From NCBI GenBank assembly GCA_016927995.1, contig JAFGLO010000007.1, positions 17,467-81,466 on the forward strand: DNA of 64,000 nucleotides, read 5' to 3'. The position numbers and the translations under genes were made by a program. This document shows positions 46,571 through 56,280 of the stretch, one piece after another. Each line of letters starts with the position of its first letter. The first letter of the stretch is position 1. Under the pieces are notes generated by a model, which searched no databases, had not been told where the DNA came from, and saw only the letters and a list, made by a program, of their open reading frames with translations. Origin of the DNA: Candidatus Dojkabacteria bacterium (GTDB lineage Bacteria > Patescibacteriota > Dojkabacteria > JAFGLO01).

Positions 46571-47150
46571 GATCCTTAAGACAAATATAAACTAAACTCT
46601 CGGTGGACTCCCCTTCTATTTCAGTTTTACTAAGCTTTGAGATCATTGCTTCGACTTCCTTCGAAGAAAATGCTAGTGACTTAAGTGCCGAACTTACCTT
46701 AGAAAGTTTATCAAGGGATTTGGGATCTAATGCCTTTTTAGTATCATCTGTAACCAATTTCTCGGCAAGTTCCAAGACTATTCTTCTAGCTGTTTTATTA
46801 CCGAGACCCTTGATTGTGCAGATTTTCTTGACATCTTTCTCATCGAGTAATTTCGCAAATTCTGTTACAGAGAACTGAGATAATATATCAATTGCTGTTG
46901 CCGGACCAACCCCACTTATTGAAATCAATTTTTCAAAAAAAAGCTTATCTTCAAGATTTGAAAACCCAAAAAGGTCTTCTCTGTTTTCCCTTATGTAGTG
47001 ATAAATGAGAAGTGTTGTAGTTTCTGACTCGGAAAGATTGTCCAGATCCCTTTGGGAAACGAAAATATTAAATCCAAGCCCGGAAGCAGTCAATAAATCT
47101 ATACTCGAGGATTCCTTTCGAATAATTTTGCCGTTTAAAACACTTATCAT
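46563..47150 (-). CDS. ruvA: Holliday junction protein RuvA
   Basis: IRE...LFGF, ISGVGPATA, GLGNKTARRIVLEL. Confidence 0.95.
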   Translation of the reverse strand: MISVLNGKIIRKESSSIDLLTASGLGFNIFVSQRDLDNLSESETTTLLIYHYIRENREDLFGFSNLEDKLFFEKLISISGVGPATAIDILSQFSVTEFAKLLDEKDVKKICTIKGLGNKTARRIVLELAEKLVTDDTKKALDPKSLDKLSKVSSALKSLAFSSKEVEAMISKLSKTEIEGESTESLVYICLKDHE

Positions 47151-47176
47151 GCGTGTATATTATCATTGCAGAAAGA

Positions 47177-47668
47177 TTATTCCAACCTATCCTTAAGCTC
47201 AAATTTTATTGCAGTGCAATAAGCAATTCCGAGTGCATCTGCAAAATCATCGGGTGTTGGCAAAAAATCAATATTCAGTATTGTCTGAATCATTTTTTGC
47301 ACCTGTGCCTTTGATGCATTACCATAACTAGTCAAACTTTGCTTTATCTCATTAGGAGTAAACTCATAAAGCGGTAATTTATACTTTCCGCAAAGTGCAT
47401 AGATAAGTCCCCTACATTCGCCAACAGTAATTGCAGTTTTAACATTTTTCGAAAAAAATATATTTTCCATTCCTACACCGGAAATTTCAAACTGTTTAAT
47501 TGTTTTTTCAAGAGACCTTAACAATTTGTATATTCGGTCAACTTTAAGACTGTCTGCAGCCGTTTCGAATACCCCCCCACCTATGTAAGTAATTGTGCCG
47601 GATGAGTCTAATTCGACAACACCCCAACCCATTCTGGCAATTCCCGGATCTATACCCAATAATCTCAT
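47177..47668 (-). CDS. ruvC: Holliday junction resolvase RuvC
   Basis: LGIDPG, ENIFFSKN, YGNASKAQVQKM, DDFADAL. Confidence 0.97.
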   Translation of the reverse strand: MRLLGIDPGIARMGWGVVELDSSGTITYIGGGVFETAADSLKVDRIYKLLRSLEKTIKQFEISGVGMENIFFSKNVKTAITVGECRGLIYALCGKYKLPLYEFTPNEIKQSLTSYGNASKAQVQKMIQTILNIDFLPTPDDFADALGIAYCTAIKFELKDRLE

Positions 47669-48384
47669 TTCTTTTGCATATTATGCCAAACATTAATTAC
47701 GTCATCATCATCCATAAGAAGATCTATCAATTCGTTGATCTGTGCAGAGTTCAGAGATTTTACAATATTCTTGGGAAGATACTCAATACTCGAAGTTTTT
47801 ACTATATATCCTATGTTTATCAATGCAGTTTTTATGGCAAAAAGAGAAGAACTTACACCAATTAACAGAAAATTATCCTTGTCTTCGGTAACATCGACAA
47901 CACCTTCAATCCCGGAAACTGTGTCAAAAAAATCTTCAAAGGCGGCAGTCTTCTCACACTTTATAAGTGCCACACGATTAAACTGCCACATTACTGCACC
48001 CTTGTCTGCAATATTTCCACCATTCATATTTAAAATGTTTCTCAAAGTAGAAATTGTCCTGTTTTTATTATCTGTCAAAGTTTCAATTATTAGTGCAACT
48101 CCAAAAGGTCCATATGCTTCATAAAAAACTCGCTCCAACTTTGCACCTTCTTCCCCTCCAGCTGCCTTATTTATTGCCCGTTCGATATTAGCATTAGGCA
48201 TACTAGCTTGCTTTGCTTTATCTATTGCAATCTTTAACAACGAGTTACTTTCAGGATTTACGGAATCACCTTCCGCTATTGCAATAAAAATTTCCCGAGA
48301 AATTTTTGAGAACAGTTTTCCTTTTTTAGAATCTGCAAGCCCTTTCTTATGTTGAATTTTGGACCATTTATTATGCCCGGACAT
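47665..48384 (-). CDS. yebC: YebC/PmpR family protein
   Basis: MSGHNKWSKIQHKKG, YEAYGP, TDNKNRT, DDVINVWHN. Confidence 0.97.
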   Translation of the reverse strand: MSGHNKWSKIQHKKGLADSKKGKLFSKISREIFIAIAEGDSVNPESNSLLKIAIDKAKQASMPNANIERAINKAAGGEEGAKLERVFYEAYGPFGVALIIETLTDNKNRTISTLRNILNMNGGNIADKGAVMWQFNRVALIKCEKTAAFEDFFDTVSGIEGVVDVTEDKDNFLLIGVSSSLFAIKTALINIGYIVKTSSIEYLPKNIVKSLNSAQINELIDLLMDDDDVINVWHNMQKK

Positions 48385-48401
48385 AATTATTAAGACGAAT
48401 T

Positions 48402-49568
48402 TTATTTATTCTCCGATGTAGTAACATCCAAAGGACTACAAATTATAACAATTATATCACCTGTATATATAAAAGGCGGAGGGCCCTCAATGATTTCGGG
48501 AAATTGTCCCTGTGTTGCAAAAAGCATAAACTCGATAACGTCACAGCTTTCCTCAAATTTATTTTTGGTTTTAGTTACATATATTTTACTCCTACCACAC
48601 TCGTCGTATACCCCACCGGGTATATTGTCCGTTCTGATTACGTTTAATCCGTAGTGGTTGAACGATCTACTGAAAAATCCGGCATAACCTGCAATATCAG
48701 TTGTATTAAATACTTCGACCTGAGTTTGCTCAAGTTTTATTGGTGTTCCAGCTGAAATCTCGCGAAACATCTTATCCCAAGATTCATAAGTGATTCCAAC
48801 AAGCGTTGAGCCATCCTGTTGAGTAACTGAATTCGCAAAAGTCATCAATTCAAAACTTTTTAAAGTATACTCTTTAAGTTGGCTCCTAAAGGCCGTAAGA
48901 TCGTTTTTTGAGGGGTTACCGTAGGAACATGATACTAAAGCCTCAATTTGTGATTGATTCTGTGCAAGATCCCAAAAGCCAAGGTCTAAAACATTTACTA
49001 TATCAGGGAAAGAAGACTCTTCACCTAAAAGATTGCTAGAATCACACTCAAGGGGAACTATTACGACATTATCAAATCGATAAGCCAGGCTACCTTCTAA
49101 AATACCTAAGAACCCGTTAACTATATTAGGTTCTGCAAGCATTGCCGCCCTTACTAGAAGCGAAGAAACCTTTGCCATTGAACCTGAATTATCAATTTGC
49201 ATATACCCATCCCCATCAAGACAAAAGCTATTAATTGTTCTAGTATTCTCCCAAGGAAAATACCCACAGATCTTTATAATAGTAGTATGATACAAATCTT
49301 TTGAGTCAACATACACCCAAAGCCATGAATTAGTGTTTTTTTCAGATCTGTTAATGACAAAATCTTGAGAATACGATACCTTTATCGATGACACTTCGAT
49401 TTGTGTTTTTATAAACAAATATCCAACGCCTAATCCTCCCAAAAGCAAAAGTAACAACAAAAGTCGAAAAACAACACCGCCAAATCCGAAATTGGCACGT
49501 GCTTTTCCCTTATTCTTGCCTTTAATTTTTTTTGCAAAATCACCTCTCACAATAATTGATATTACCAC
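48402..49568 (-). CDS. Membrane protein with a LytR C-terminal domain (divergent LCP-like); start uncertain
   Basis: TM helix; VEVFNTTDIAGYA...GLNVIRTDN...GDIIVII. Confidence 0.7.
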   Translation of the reverse strand: MVISIIVRGDFAKKIKGKNKGKARANFGFGGVVFRLLLLLLLLGGLGVGYLFIKTQIEVSSIKVSYSQDFVINRSEKNTNSWLWVYVDSKDLYHTTIIKICGYFPWENTRTINSFCLDGDGYMQIDNSGSMAKVSSLLVRAAMLAEPNIVNGFLGILEGSLAYRFDNVVIVPLECDSSNLLGEESSFPDIVNVLDLGFWDLAQNQSQIEALVSCSYGNPSKNDLTAFRSQLKEYTLKSFELMTFANSVTQQDGSTLVGITYESWDKMFREISAGTPIKLEQTQVEVFNTTDIAGYAGFFSRSFNHYGLNVIRTDNIPGGVYDECGRSKIYVTKTKNKFEESCDVIEFMLFATQGQFPEIIEGPPPFIYTGDIIVIICSPLDVTTSENK

Positions 49569-49985
49569 AAACTATCGACACGCACACAAGATAAACACAT
49601 TATGAGACCTGCCTACATTAATAATTATCTTTTTAAAACTACACGTCCTATACATTACTGCAAAGTGAACAAACCGGAAGTTACAAAAATGTTACCGTGA
49701 AAATCACAACAATCCTTTCTGGAGAAGAATTCTAAACCCTTAGTCCATTTATACGCATATTATCAAAACAAACAAAATGTGATTATAATCCGATCGCGTA
49801 CACCGTTTGTGTACATGCAGCGTGGTTCGTGTCTAATACCAGGTAAATTAAGGCGTGTTTTCATTATTATTGTTCACAAAACATGTTGATGCGCGCTGGT
49901 TAACACTAATCTGAATACCCACTAACCCCTGTTATCCACAATGAGTATCGGTTGAATTTACGAGCAATAAAAATGCGATATAGTT

Positions 49986-51152
49986 TTATTGAAAGTCGGC
50001 CAGAACCGAGAAGGCTATACGGTCTTTTTCGTAAATCTGTTTATACGAACCCAGATTCGACGACTTTTCTGCCCTTTCAGTCCCCAAATTACTTAACTGT
50101 TGAGAAAAGGGAGCTGTAATCAAAAATTTGATATAAAAGGCATGAAGCATCATCCTTGTAACTCCAAGAGCCCTTTTGAGGCTTTTAGAGCCTTTAGAAT
50201 TGTATTTGTTATCGCCAACAATTGGCGCATTTAAAAACTTCATCACTGTACGAATCTGATGAGTCCTCCCTGTTAATATTCTAATTAACCAAATTAATGA
50301 ATTATCTGCTTCTGCTATGGGAAAAAGTAATGTAACCGTAGACTTGGGTATACTTATATGCGTCTTAGGGTACTCCAAAGAAAAGGTATATCTCTGTCTG
50401 TCTTCACGATAAACCCAGCCCCCTATTCCCCAACCACGAGTAAGCTTAACCACCCTCCCCAACTTTCCACAAAAATAATTTGACAGCGACAGAACATCGT
50501 TCGAATCAAGCGTATCACTCTCAATTTCTTCTAGAGACTTAATCATTTCATTGTTTATAAAGCTGGTCACCTTATCAAAAGACATTGATTGTTTAGGTCT
50601 CAAAAATCCCTCCAAAATATTTTTTTCGTTAAGGTTTGGTGTTACTGCAACGTAATACTTTGTAACTCTACGTTTTTGAAACTGTTGAGCCAAATACGAC
50701 GCAAAATTTACATCCTTCGCAAGGATCAAGCAACCGCTTGTTTCTTTGTCCAGACGATGGATTATTCCACTATTTACCTTGTTTTTTATATCAAAAGACG
50801 GTGAAAGTTCAAATCTGCTATATATTGTATCTGTTTCCTTACCTGCTCCAGGATGAACAGAAATAGATACCGGCTTATTTATACACAAGAATAAAGGATT
50901 CTCACAAATAACAAGTTCATTTCTTAATAAATTATCAGATAAATCTTTTATGTCACTTTGCTTGGGTTCTACAATATCAATTTTGTCGAACTTGATCCGA
51001 AATTTTCTTGACGGCTGCAAAATAACAGAGCCATTAACACTTACACATCCCTGCTTAATTAACTGGATTGCCTTTTCCCTGCTTACCCCAAATATCGAAT
51101 TTCGAGATTTAAGATATGAAAAAACCAAAATGTCTAATCTTTTTACTTCCAA
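49986..51152 (-). CDS. RluA/RluD-family pseudouridine synthase with S4 domain
   Basis: RLD, INKP...VHP, IHRLDKETSGCL, TGRTHQIR, PIVGD, LHA. Confidence 0.92.
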   Translation of the reverse strand: MEVKRLDILVFSYLKSRNSIFGVSREKAIQLIKQGCVSVNGSVILQPSRKFRIKFDKIDIVEPKQSDIKDLSDNLLRNELVICENPLFLCINKPVSISVHPGAGKETDTIYSRFELSPSFDIKNKVNSGIIHRLDKETSGCLILAKDVNFASYLAQQFQKRRVTKYYVAVTPNLNEKNILEGFLRPKQSMSFDKVTSFINNEMIKSLEEIESDTLDSNDVLSLSNYFCGKLGRVVKLTRGWGIGGWVYREDRQRYTFSLEYPKTHISIPKSTVTLLFPIAEADNSLIWLIRILTGRTHQIRTVMKFLNAPIVGDNKYNSKGSKSLKRALGVTRMMLHAFYIKFLITAPFSQQLSNLGTERAEKSSNLGSYKQIYEKDRIAFSVLADFQ

Positions 51153-51913
51153 TCTTTCATTACTACTTCTATTTTAGGTTTTTTTGAAACACTCTTTCCT
51201 TTTGTTCCCAAAACAAAAAGTATTATTCCCGCAATCACAAGCAGTATAAAACCGATGAACCAAACAATACTTTTAAATCCACCAATTATAATATTATCAA
51301 CAACAATCATAATACTAACTATTGCTAGAAAGGAAAAATAAGCATAGTTTATTACAGTCTGATTGGGGCTATCAAGAAGTTTTAATAAAAACCCTGACAA
51401 GTAAACAACAAAGACAACACTTAAAAGAATAACTACTAATGTTGGAGTTTCATTCGAAAGAAATAGATAACTTGCAACCTGAAAACACAGATAAACCAAT
51501 GAAATATTTAATAATGTTTTTGCCATCCGCACTTTGGGCAACTTATACTTTTTGGTGGCTACGCTTATTCCCACAATCAGGAAGGTAAAAATTAATGCTA
51601 TTACATCGAGTCCATTCCAAAACTCTAATAGAACATACGGCAAAACTCTAACGTACGTACAGCTCTCATAACACGTAATTGGTAAATAGGAAAACGAGAA
51701 CTGTCTGAAGATATCAATGTTGAACAAAACATATGATAACCTCCCGATAATAACCCCGGTTATTAATGAAATAAAAAAAACGTTGAAATATGAGAATACT
51801 TCGTTTCTATCGGTAACTTTAAATACACCCCTTAAGTAAAATCCCAAAACTATAAAGATTGCAGCCCAAGTCAGCAATGCAATAATCGCAAAATTCTCAG
51901 TCAAAAAAATCAT
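51143..51913 (-). CDS. Divergent Lgt-like (prolipoprotein diacylglyceryl transferase) membrane protein
   Basis: GVIIGRLSYV..N, FWNGL; multi-TM; upstream of the RluA gene. Confidence 0.55.
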   Translation of the reverse strand: MIFLTENFAIIALLTWAAIFIVLGFYLRGVFKVTDRNEVFSYFNVFFISLITGVIIGRLSYVLFNIDIFRQFSFSYLPITCYESCTYVRVLPYVLLEFWNGLDVIALIFTFLIVGISVATKKYKLPKVRMAKTLLNISLVYLCFQVASYLFLSNETPTLVVILLSVVFVVYLSGFLLKLLDSPNQTVINYAYFSFLAIVSIMIVVDNIIIGGFKSIVWFIGFILLVIAGIILFVLGTKGKSVSKKPKIEVVMKDWK

Positions 51914-52644
51914 TTTTTCTTTCCTTTTAAGTTTGACTTTGACTTCACGGACCCTTTATTCTTGGTTGCCTTTGGTTTCATCGGCTCTTTCTTTAAGTTT
52001 GATTTTGATTCCACAGGTTTATTCCTTGTGTTTTTAAAAAATTTTCGAAGAAAATCCCCCAGCTGCTTTAATAAGTTGTTAACAATATTTTTAATTACGT
52101 CTTGAAAACGTTTCATTTTTTCAGCGAGTTTAAACCTAGGTTTTATTAGATCCGGTTCCTGAATAGATTCCACAGGCTGTTTAGTTCCACAGTTTTTACA
52201 AAATGCACTTCTGACTGAAAGTTCTTTACCGCACTTTTCACATTTTTTCTTTAATTGGGCTCCGCAAACCTGACAATATTTATCATTTTTTGTTGAAACA
52301 TCACCACATTTTTCACAAACACTGATTGAGTCAACCTCCGCAAGAAGAAACTTATGCTCCAAATCAGAAAAGTAGTTTTCCTGCAGAGTTCTTCGAGGTC
52401 GGATTATTAGATAGATCAAAAGTCCAACAACCGGAACAAATACAACAAGAAACCCCATAACAAGCTGAATTACGGAATTACTGTATCTGGAGACAGAGTC
52501 AAGCCAGAACCACCAAAGCATTACAAGCCAAAGAGCAATAAGTCCCAAAACAAGAACTCTCATTGCAAATTCAACGTTGATACTCATTAGCCATTGGATA
52601 AAACCCGTTATCGGATCTTTTGAAGCTATATTATCCGGAAACAT
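51910..52644 (-). CDS. Membrane protein with double zinc ribbon
   Basis: GLLIYLIIRP, four CxxC(G) motifs, Lys-rich tail. Confidence 0.85.
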   Translation of the reverse strand: MFPDNIASKDPITGFIQWLMSINVEFAMRVLVLGLIALWLVMLWWFWLDSVSRYSNSVIQLVMGFLVVFVPVVGLLIYLIIRPRRTLQENYFSDLEHKFLLAEVDSISVCEKCGDVSTKNDKYCQVCGAQLKKKCEKCGKELSVRSAFCKNCGTKQPVESIQEPDLIKPRFKLAEKMKRFQDVIKNIVNNLLKQLGDFLRKFFKNTRNKPVESKSNLKKEPMKPKATKNKGSVKSKSNLKGKKK

Positions 52645-52675
52645 TTTGTATATAATTTATTTTATTTTTTGTTTA

Positions 52676-52779
52676 CAATGAACTGCCAGCGGAAGCCGAG
52701 ATCTTTCCCTACTCGGCTTAGATCAATGGAACCAGTTACTATTCCCACTGCTGACCAAATGTCAATGAACTGCCAGCGG
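52676..52779. repeat. 17-bp direct repeat of the tRNA-Leu 3' end with an adjacent hairpin
   Basis: caatgaactgccagcgg at 52676-52692 and 52763-52779; aagccgag/ctcggctt stem at 52693-52719. Confidence 0.8.
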
Positions 52780-52854
52780 TGGGAATCGAACCCACACCTT
52801 CTTGCGAAGACGGGATTTTGAGTCCCGCGTGTCTACCAATTCCACCACGCTGGC
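52771..52854 (-). tRNA. tRNA-Leu(CAA), CCA not encoded
   Basis: GCCAGCG acceptor stem, CGGGA-CTCAAAA-TCCCG anticodon arm, long variable arm, GTGGG-TTCGATT-CCCAC. Confidence 0.97.
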
Positions 52855-52932
52855 AAAAAGTCTTTGTACATACTATAAACAAAAACTTCCGTCCAACTTG
52901 TAATTTTATCACAGAACCTACTTAGGATAAAG

Positions 52933-54240
52933 TTATTTCTGGAGATTACGAAAACTAGCAAGTTCTTTGACAAAAGCAAGCTCAACTCTTCCAACCGGCC
53001 CATTTCGATGTTTTGCAATGATTATGTCGGCAACACCTTTACGCTCGGTCTCCTGATTATATTGTTCCTCTCTATGAATAAACATAACCACATCGGCATC
53101 TTGTTCAATAGATCCGGAGTCCCTAAGATCAGACAGCTGTGGAGTTCGATCGGTTCGTGATTCTACTCCTCGAGACAACTGCGAAAGTGCAACTACAGGA
53201 ACTTTAAGCTCTCGAGCTAAATTTTTAAGCCCCATTGAGACTTCCGATATTTCCTGCACGCGATTCTCTAATCCTCTACTTTTTGCCAACTGAAGATAGT
53301 CCAGAAAGATAATATCTATTCCAACCTCCGACTTAAGTCGCCTTGCCTTGGCCCTAAGCTCCATAACGGACTGACCAGGTTTATCATCAATATAAATATT
53401 TGAATCGGCAAGTACACCATAAGCTTCACCAAGTTTTTGAAACATTTCATCGGTTAATTTTCCTGTTCTTAACTCCCAAATATTTACACCCGATTGCATT
53501 CCAACCAACCTATCCATAATCTGAATCTCTGACATTTCAAGCGAAAAGAATGCTACCGTCTTTTTCTCGTGTACAGCGGCATATTTCGCCATATCAAGTG
53601 CCAATGATGATTTTCCAACAGAAGGTCTTGCGGCAAGAATAATAAGATCCGAAGGTTGAAATCCGCCTAAGAGATTGTCAATCCTTGAAAACCCGCTTTT
53701 GATTCCCGGTGCCGACTTACCCTGATCAAGAAGTTCTGCCCGTTCATAGGCATCTTTTAAAAGATCCTTAATATGCCTAAATCGATCGGTAATACGTTGT
53801 TGAGAAACAGCAAAAACCGCTTGCTCCGATTGGTCAAGCACTTCCGAAAGTTCTTTACTTTCGTCAAAAGCTAATTCCCCAATCTTTGAGGAAACGGATA
53901 TAAGTCCGCGTCGAACACTCAAATCTTGAACAATCTTAGCATATTCTTCAGCATGAGCTGCGGTTGGTACTGCACTGGCAAGTTCACTAAGATATTCAAC
54001 TCCCCCAATATATTTTAGTTTCTTCTTTTTTCTAAGCTTGTCTCCAAGTGTCATAAGATCAATTGGTTTTCCTTCATCAAGAAGTTCCAGAAGACTTGAG
54101 TAGATCGCTTTATTGCGGTCATCATAAAAATGATCGGGAAGCAGAAATTCTGCCGCGGCAAGCAGAGTATTTTTATCAAGTAAGAAAGCCCCTATTAATG
54201 ATGACTCTACCTCCGGGTTTTTAGGGATAACTCTATCCAT
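52933..54240 (-). CDS. dnaB: Replicative DNA helicase (start re-set to MDRVIP)
   Basis: AARPSVGKS, FSLEMS, DYLQL, LSQLSR, SDLRDSGSIEQDAD, KHRNGP. Confidence 0.98.
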   Translation of the reverse strand: MDRVIPKNPEVESSLIGAFLLDKNTLLAAAEFLLPDHFYDDRNKAIYSSLLELLDEGKPIDLMTLGDKLRKKKKLKYIGGVEYLSELASAVPTAAHAEEYAKIVQDLSVRRGLISVSSKIGELAFDESKELSEVLDQSEQAVFAVSQQRITDRFRHIKDLLKDAYERAELLDQGKSAPGIKSGFSRIDNLLGGFQPSDLIILAARPSVGKSSLALDMAKYAAVHEKKTVAFFSLEMSEIQIMDRLVGMQSGVNIWELRTGKLTDEMFQKLGEAYGVLADSNIYIDDKPGQSVMELRAKARRLKSEVGIDIIFLDYLQLAKSRGLENRVQEISEVSMGLKNLARELKVPVVALSQLSRGVESRTDRTPQLSDLRDSGSIEQDADVVMFIHREEQYNQETERKGVADIIIAKHRNGPVGRVELAFVKELASFRNLQK

Positions 54241-54241
54241 T

Positions 54242-54790
54242 TTACTCCAGAACAAAAAAGAATTTATTGTCTCTGATACCATTATCTAGTTTGAATTTAT
54301 TCTCACGTTTAATCTCGACAACCCCTATATAATCTTTTAACTTTTGAACTGATTGGTCGGATGGACTCTCACCCTTGGGCCAATAAAAAACAATGTTTCC
54401 GGTGTCAATAGCGCCGATATCTTTTTTTATTCTATCCGATAATAGAAATTCTTCATTAAACGGAATTACATACATATCAATGTCAAACGGAATCGTTTTA
54501 TTTGCAAGGTCAAGATCAAGGAAATCTTGGACAAATAAAACATTTGTATTGTCAGCAATTGCAAGATAATAGAACTTTGAAGTACCTTTGTAACCATAAA
54601 TGAATATCTCGGAAAATTCCCACTCTCCCGACCCCGAAATTATAAATGTTTCGTCTGAAATAGTCTTGTCGTTAGAAATTACTGCGGAAATCTTTTCGTC
54701 GGATTTTGAAACGTTTCCCTCCGGAAACACAAGAATTTGAGACCCATTCTTTTCTAGGATTAACTGGCCTGCCTTCTTTTTTATTATCAT
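54242..54790 (-). CDS. Degenerate MBL-fold protein
   Basis: ISGSGEWEFSEIFIYG resembles the GPGEYE motif of short MBL-fold proteins; no HxHxDH. Confidence 0.45.
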   Translation of the reverse strand: MIIKKKAGQLILEKNGSQILVFPEGNVSKSDEKISAVISNDKTISDETFIISGSGEWEFSEIFIYGYKGTSKFYYLAIADNTNVLFVQDFLDLDLANKTIPFDIDMYVIPFNEEFLLSDRIKKDIGAIDTGNIVFYWPKGESPSDQSVQKLKDYIGVVEIKRENKFKLDNGIRDNKFFFVLE

Positions 54791-54923
54791 TTGGAATTGT
54801 TTGGAAAACTAAGAGTAAGTGATTATACACAAAAAGATCTCTATATCAAAATAGCACAATGTGAAGTTCAATTAATTACCTGTTAAGAATTTGTTCGTCA
54901 TAGCACGGTATCATAACAACAAC

Positions 54924-55514
54924 ATGAAAAATAGACTTACGCTTAATCTGCTTACCCAACTTGTACTCATTATCATTTTAGGTGTTTGTGTCTACATAAT
55001 TTTATACCCTGTAGCACTTGAAGTTATTTCCCCAATCGAAAGTGCACTAGAAATAACGATTTTGCCGGTCAGATTTATCGCAAAACCCTTAGATTCCGAA
55101 GAAACCGTTTGCAAAGGTACAAATAACTTGTTTATACCTACAGCAAGAATCAAAGGAAATATTATAACCTCGGAAGATAGCCAAGCTTTAAATCAGGGAT
55201 TCTGGCATTTGGCCGGTACCGGTAATCCTGAAACCGGTGGAAATATGGTAATTACCGGACATAGGTTCTTATATTTACCTCCGGTTGAAAAGACTTTTTA
55301 TAACCTTGATTTAGTTAAACCCGGTAATAAGATATATATTTGCTATGAAAACGTTTATTATGAATATCTGGTTACTCAGGTAGTCATTACGTCACCTGAC
55401 GACCTCACAATTCACTCAAACACATATTCACCAACGCTAACTCTTTACACATGCACTCCCAAATGGAGTAACAAACAAAGGCTTGTAGTTAGGGCGGAAA
55501 AATTAAATTACTAA
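54924..55514 (+). CDS. Sortase
   Basis: GNMVITGHR, LTLYTCTP, RLVVRA (His-Cys-Arg triad); N-terminal TM helix. Confidence 0.93.
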   Translation: MKNRLTLNLLTQLVLIIILGVCVYIILYPVALEVISPIESALEITILPVRFIAKPLDSEETVCKGTNNLFIPTARIKGNIITSEDSQALNQGFWHLAGTGNPETGGNMVITGHRFLYLPPVEKTFYNLDLVKPGNKIYICYENVYYEYLVTQVVITSPDDLTIHSNTYSPTLTLYTCTPKWSNKQRLVVRAEKLNY

Positions 55515-55560
55515 ACAATCTTCTCTTACAAAAACTTCTATAGATTGTGCTAAATAGACT

Positions 55561-55839
55561 TTATTTCAGAACCTTCATCATAGATGAAAGTTCTGTGAGA
55601 ATCTTGGTTTTTAATTTGACCTGGATTAGTTCAAGTCGAACACTTTCCATTGCGGAAATTATTGCCTGAAGTTGAATCATATTTTTTTTAAAATCGGTCT
55701 CTGGTTTTATCATTCCTTCTACAGCAGTTAACTGTCCTTGAATTCGATGAATTCTGTTTAACAGCTTTTCTACGTCACGCTCATCGATTTTTAGAACAAT
55801 GTCTGCATCGGAGTTGTTGTTCATATTGCCAACCATCAT
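55561..55839 (-). CDS. CsoR/RcnR/FrmR-family repressor lacking Cys
   Basis: LLNRIHRIQGQLTAVEGMI...QLQAIISAM. Confidence 0.85.
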   Translation of the reverse strand: MMVGNMNNNSDADIVLKIDERDVEKLLNRIHRIQGQLTAVEGMIKPETDFKKNMIQLQAIISAMESVRLELIQVKLKTKILTELSSMMKVLK

Positions 55840-55848
55840 ATAATTTAT

Positions 55849-55864
55849 ATACCCCGGGCAGTAT
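55849..55864. promoter_or_regulatory. CsoR/RcnR-type operator
   Basis: ATAC-CCCGGGCA-GTAT directly upstream of the repressor start. Confidence 0.6.
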
Positions 55865-55992
55865 GTAAGGGATGATACATTGAAACAAATGTGTTGTCAA
55901 TTTAAGGTTGTGTTTTAATGTAGATTGTGCAATAATTGCGCTACTTTCGTACAAATTCTTTCAAACGGACAATAAATTTTAATAATAAGTAA

Positions 55993-56280
55993 ATGAAAAA
56001 AAATATCCATCCCACATGGAATAAAACCAAAGTCACTTGTAACTGCGGCGCCGTGTTCACAATCGGAACAACAATCTCCGAGTTTACTGCAGATATCTGC
56101 AGTAAATGTCATCCTGCGTTTAAAAAAGGTGGTGCCAATGAATATGTTGTCGATCGAGATAACAGAATCGAACAATTTAAGGCACGAATGGAAAAATCCG
56201 CAACACTTATAGCCGAACGTGAAAAAGCCAAGAAGGTTTCCAAAACTAAATCATCCGAGCCTAAGTCAGTAGAAAAATAG
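55993..56280 (+). CDS. rpmE: 50S ribosomal protein L31 (Zn-binding form)
   Basis: MKKNIHP, CNCG, DICSKCHP, RIEQFKAR. Confidence 0.96.
   Translation: MKKNIHPTWNKTKVTCNCGAVFTIGTTISEFTADICSKCHPAFKKGGANEYVVDRDNRIEQFKARMEKSATLIAEREKAKKVSKTKSSEPKSVEK

Noticed and set aside
44433-49940. Replication origin from TTATCCACA boxes at 44433 and 49932
   Set aside because: The boxes are isolated rather than clustered, dnaA/dnaN are absent, and there is no visible skew switch
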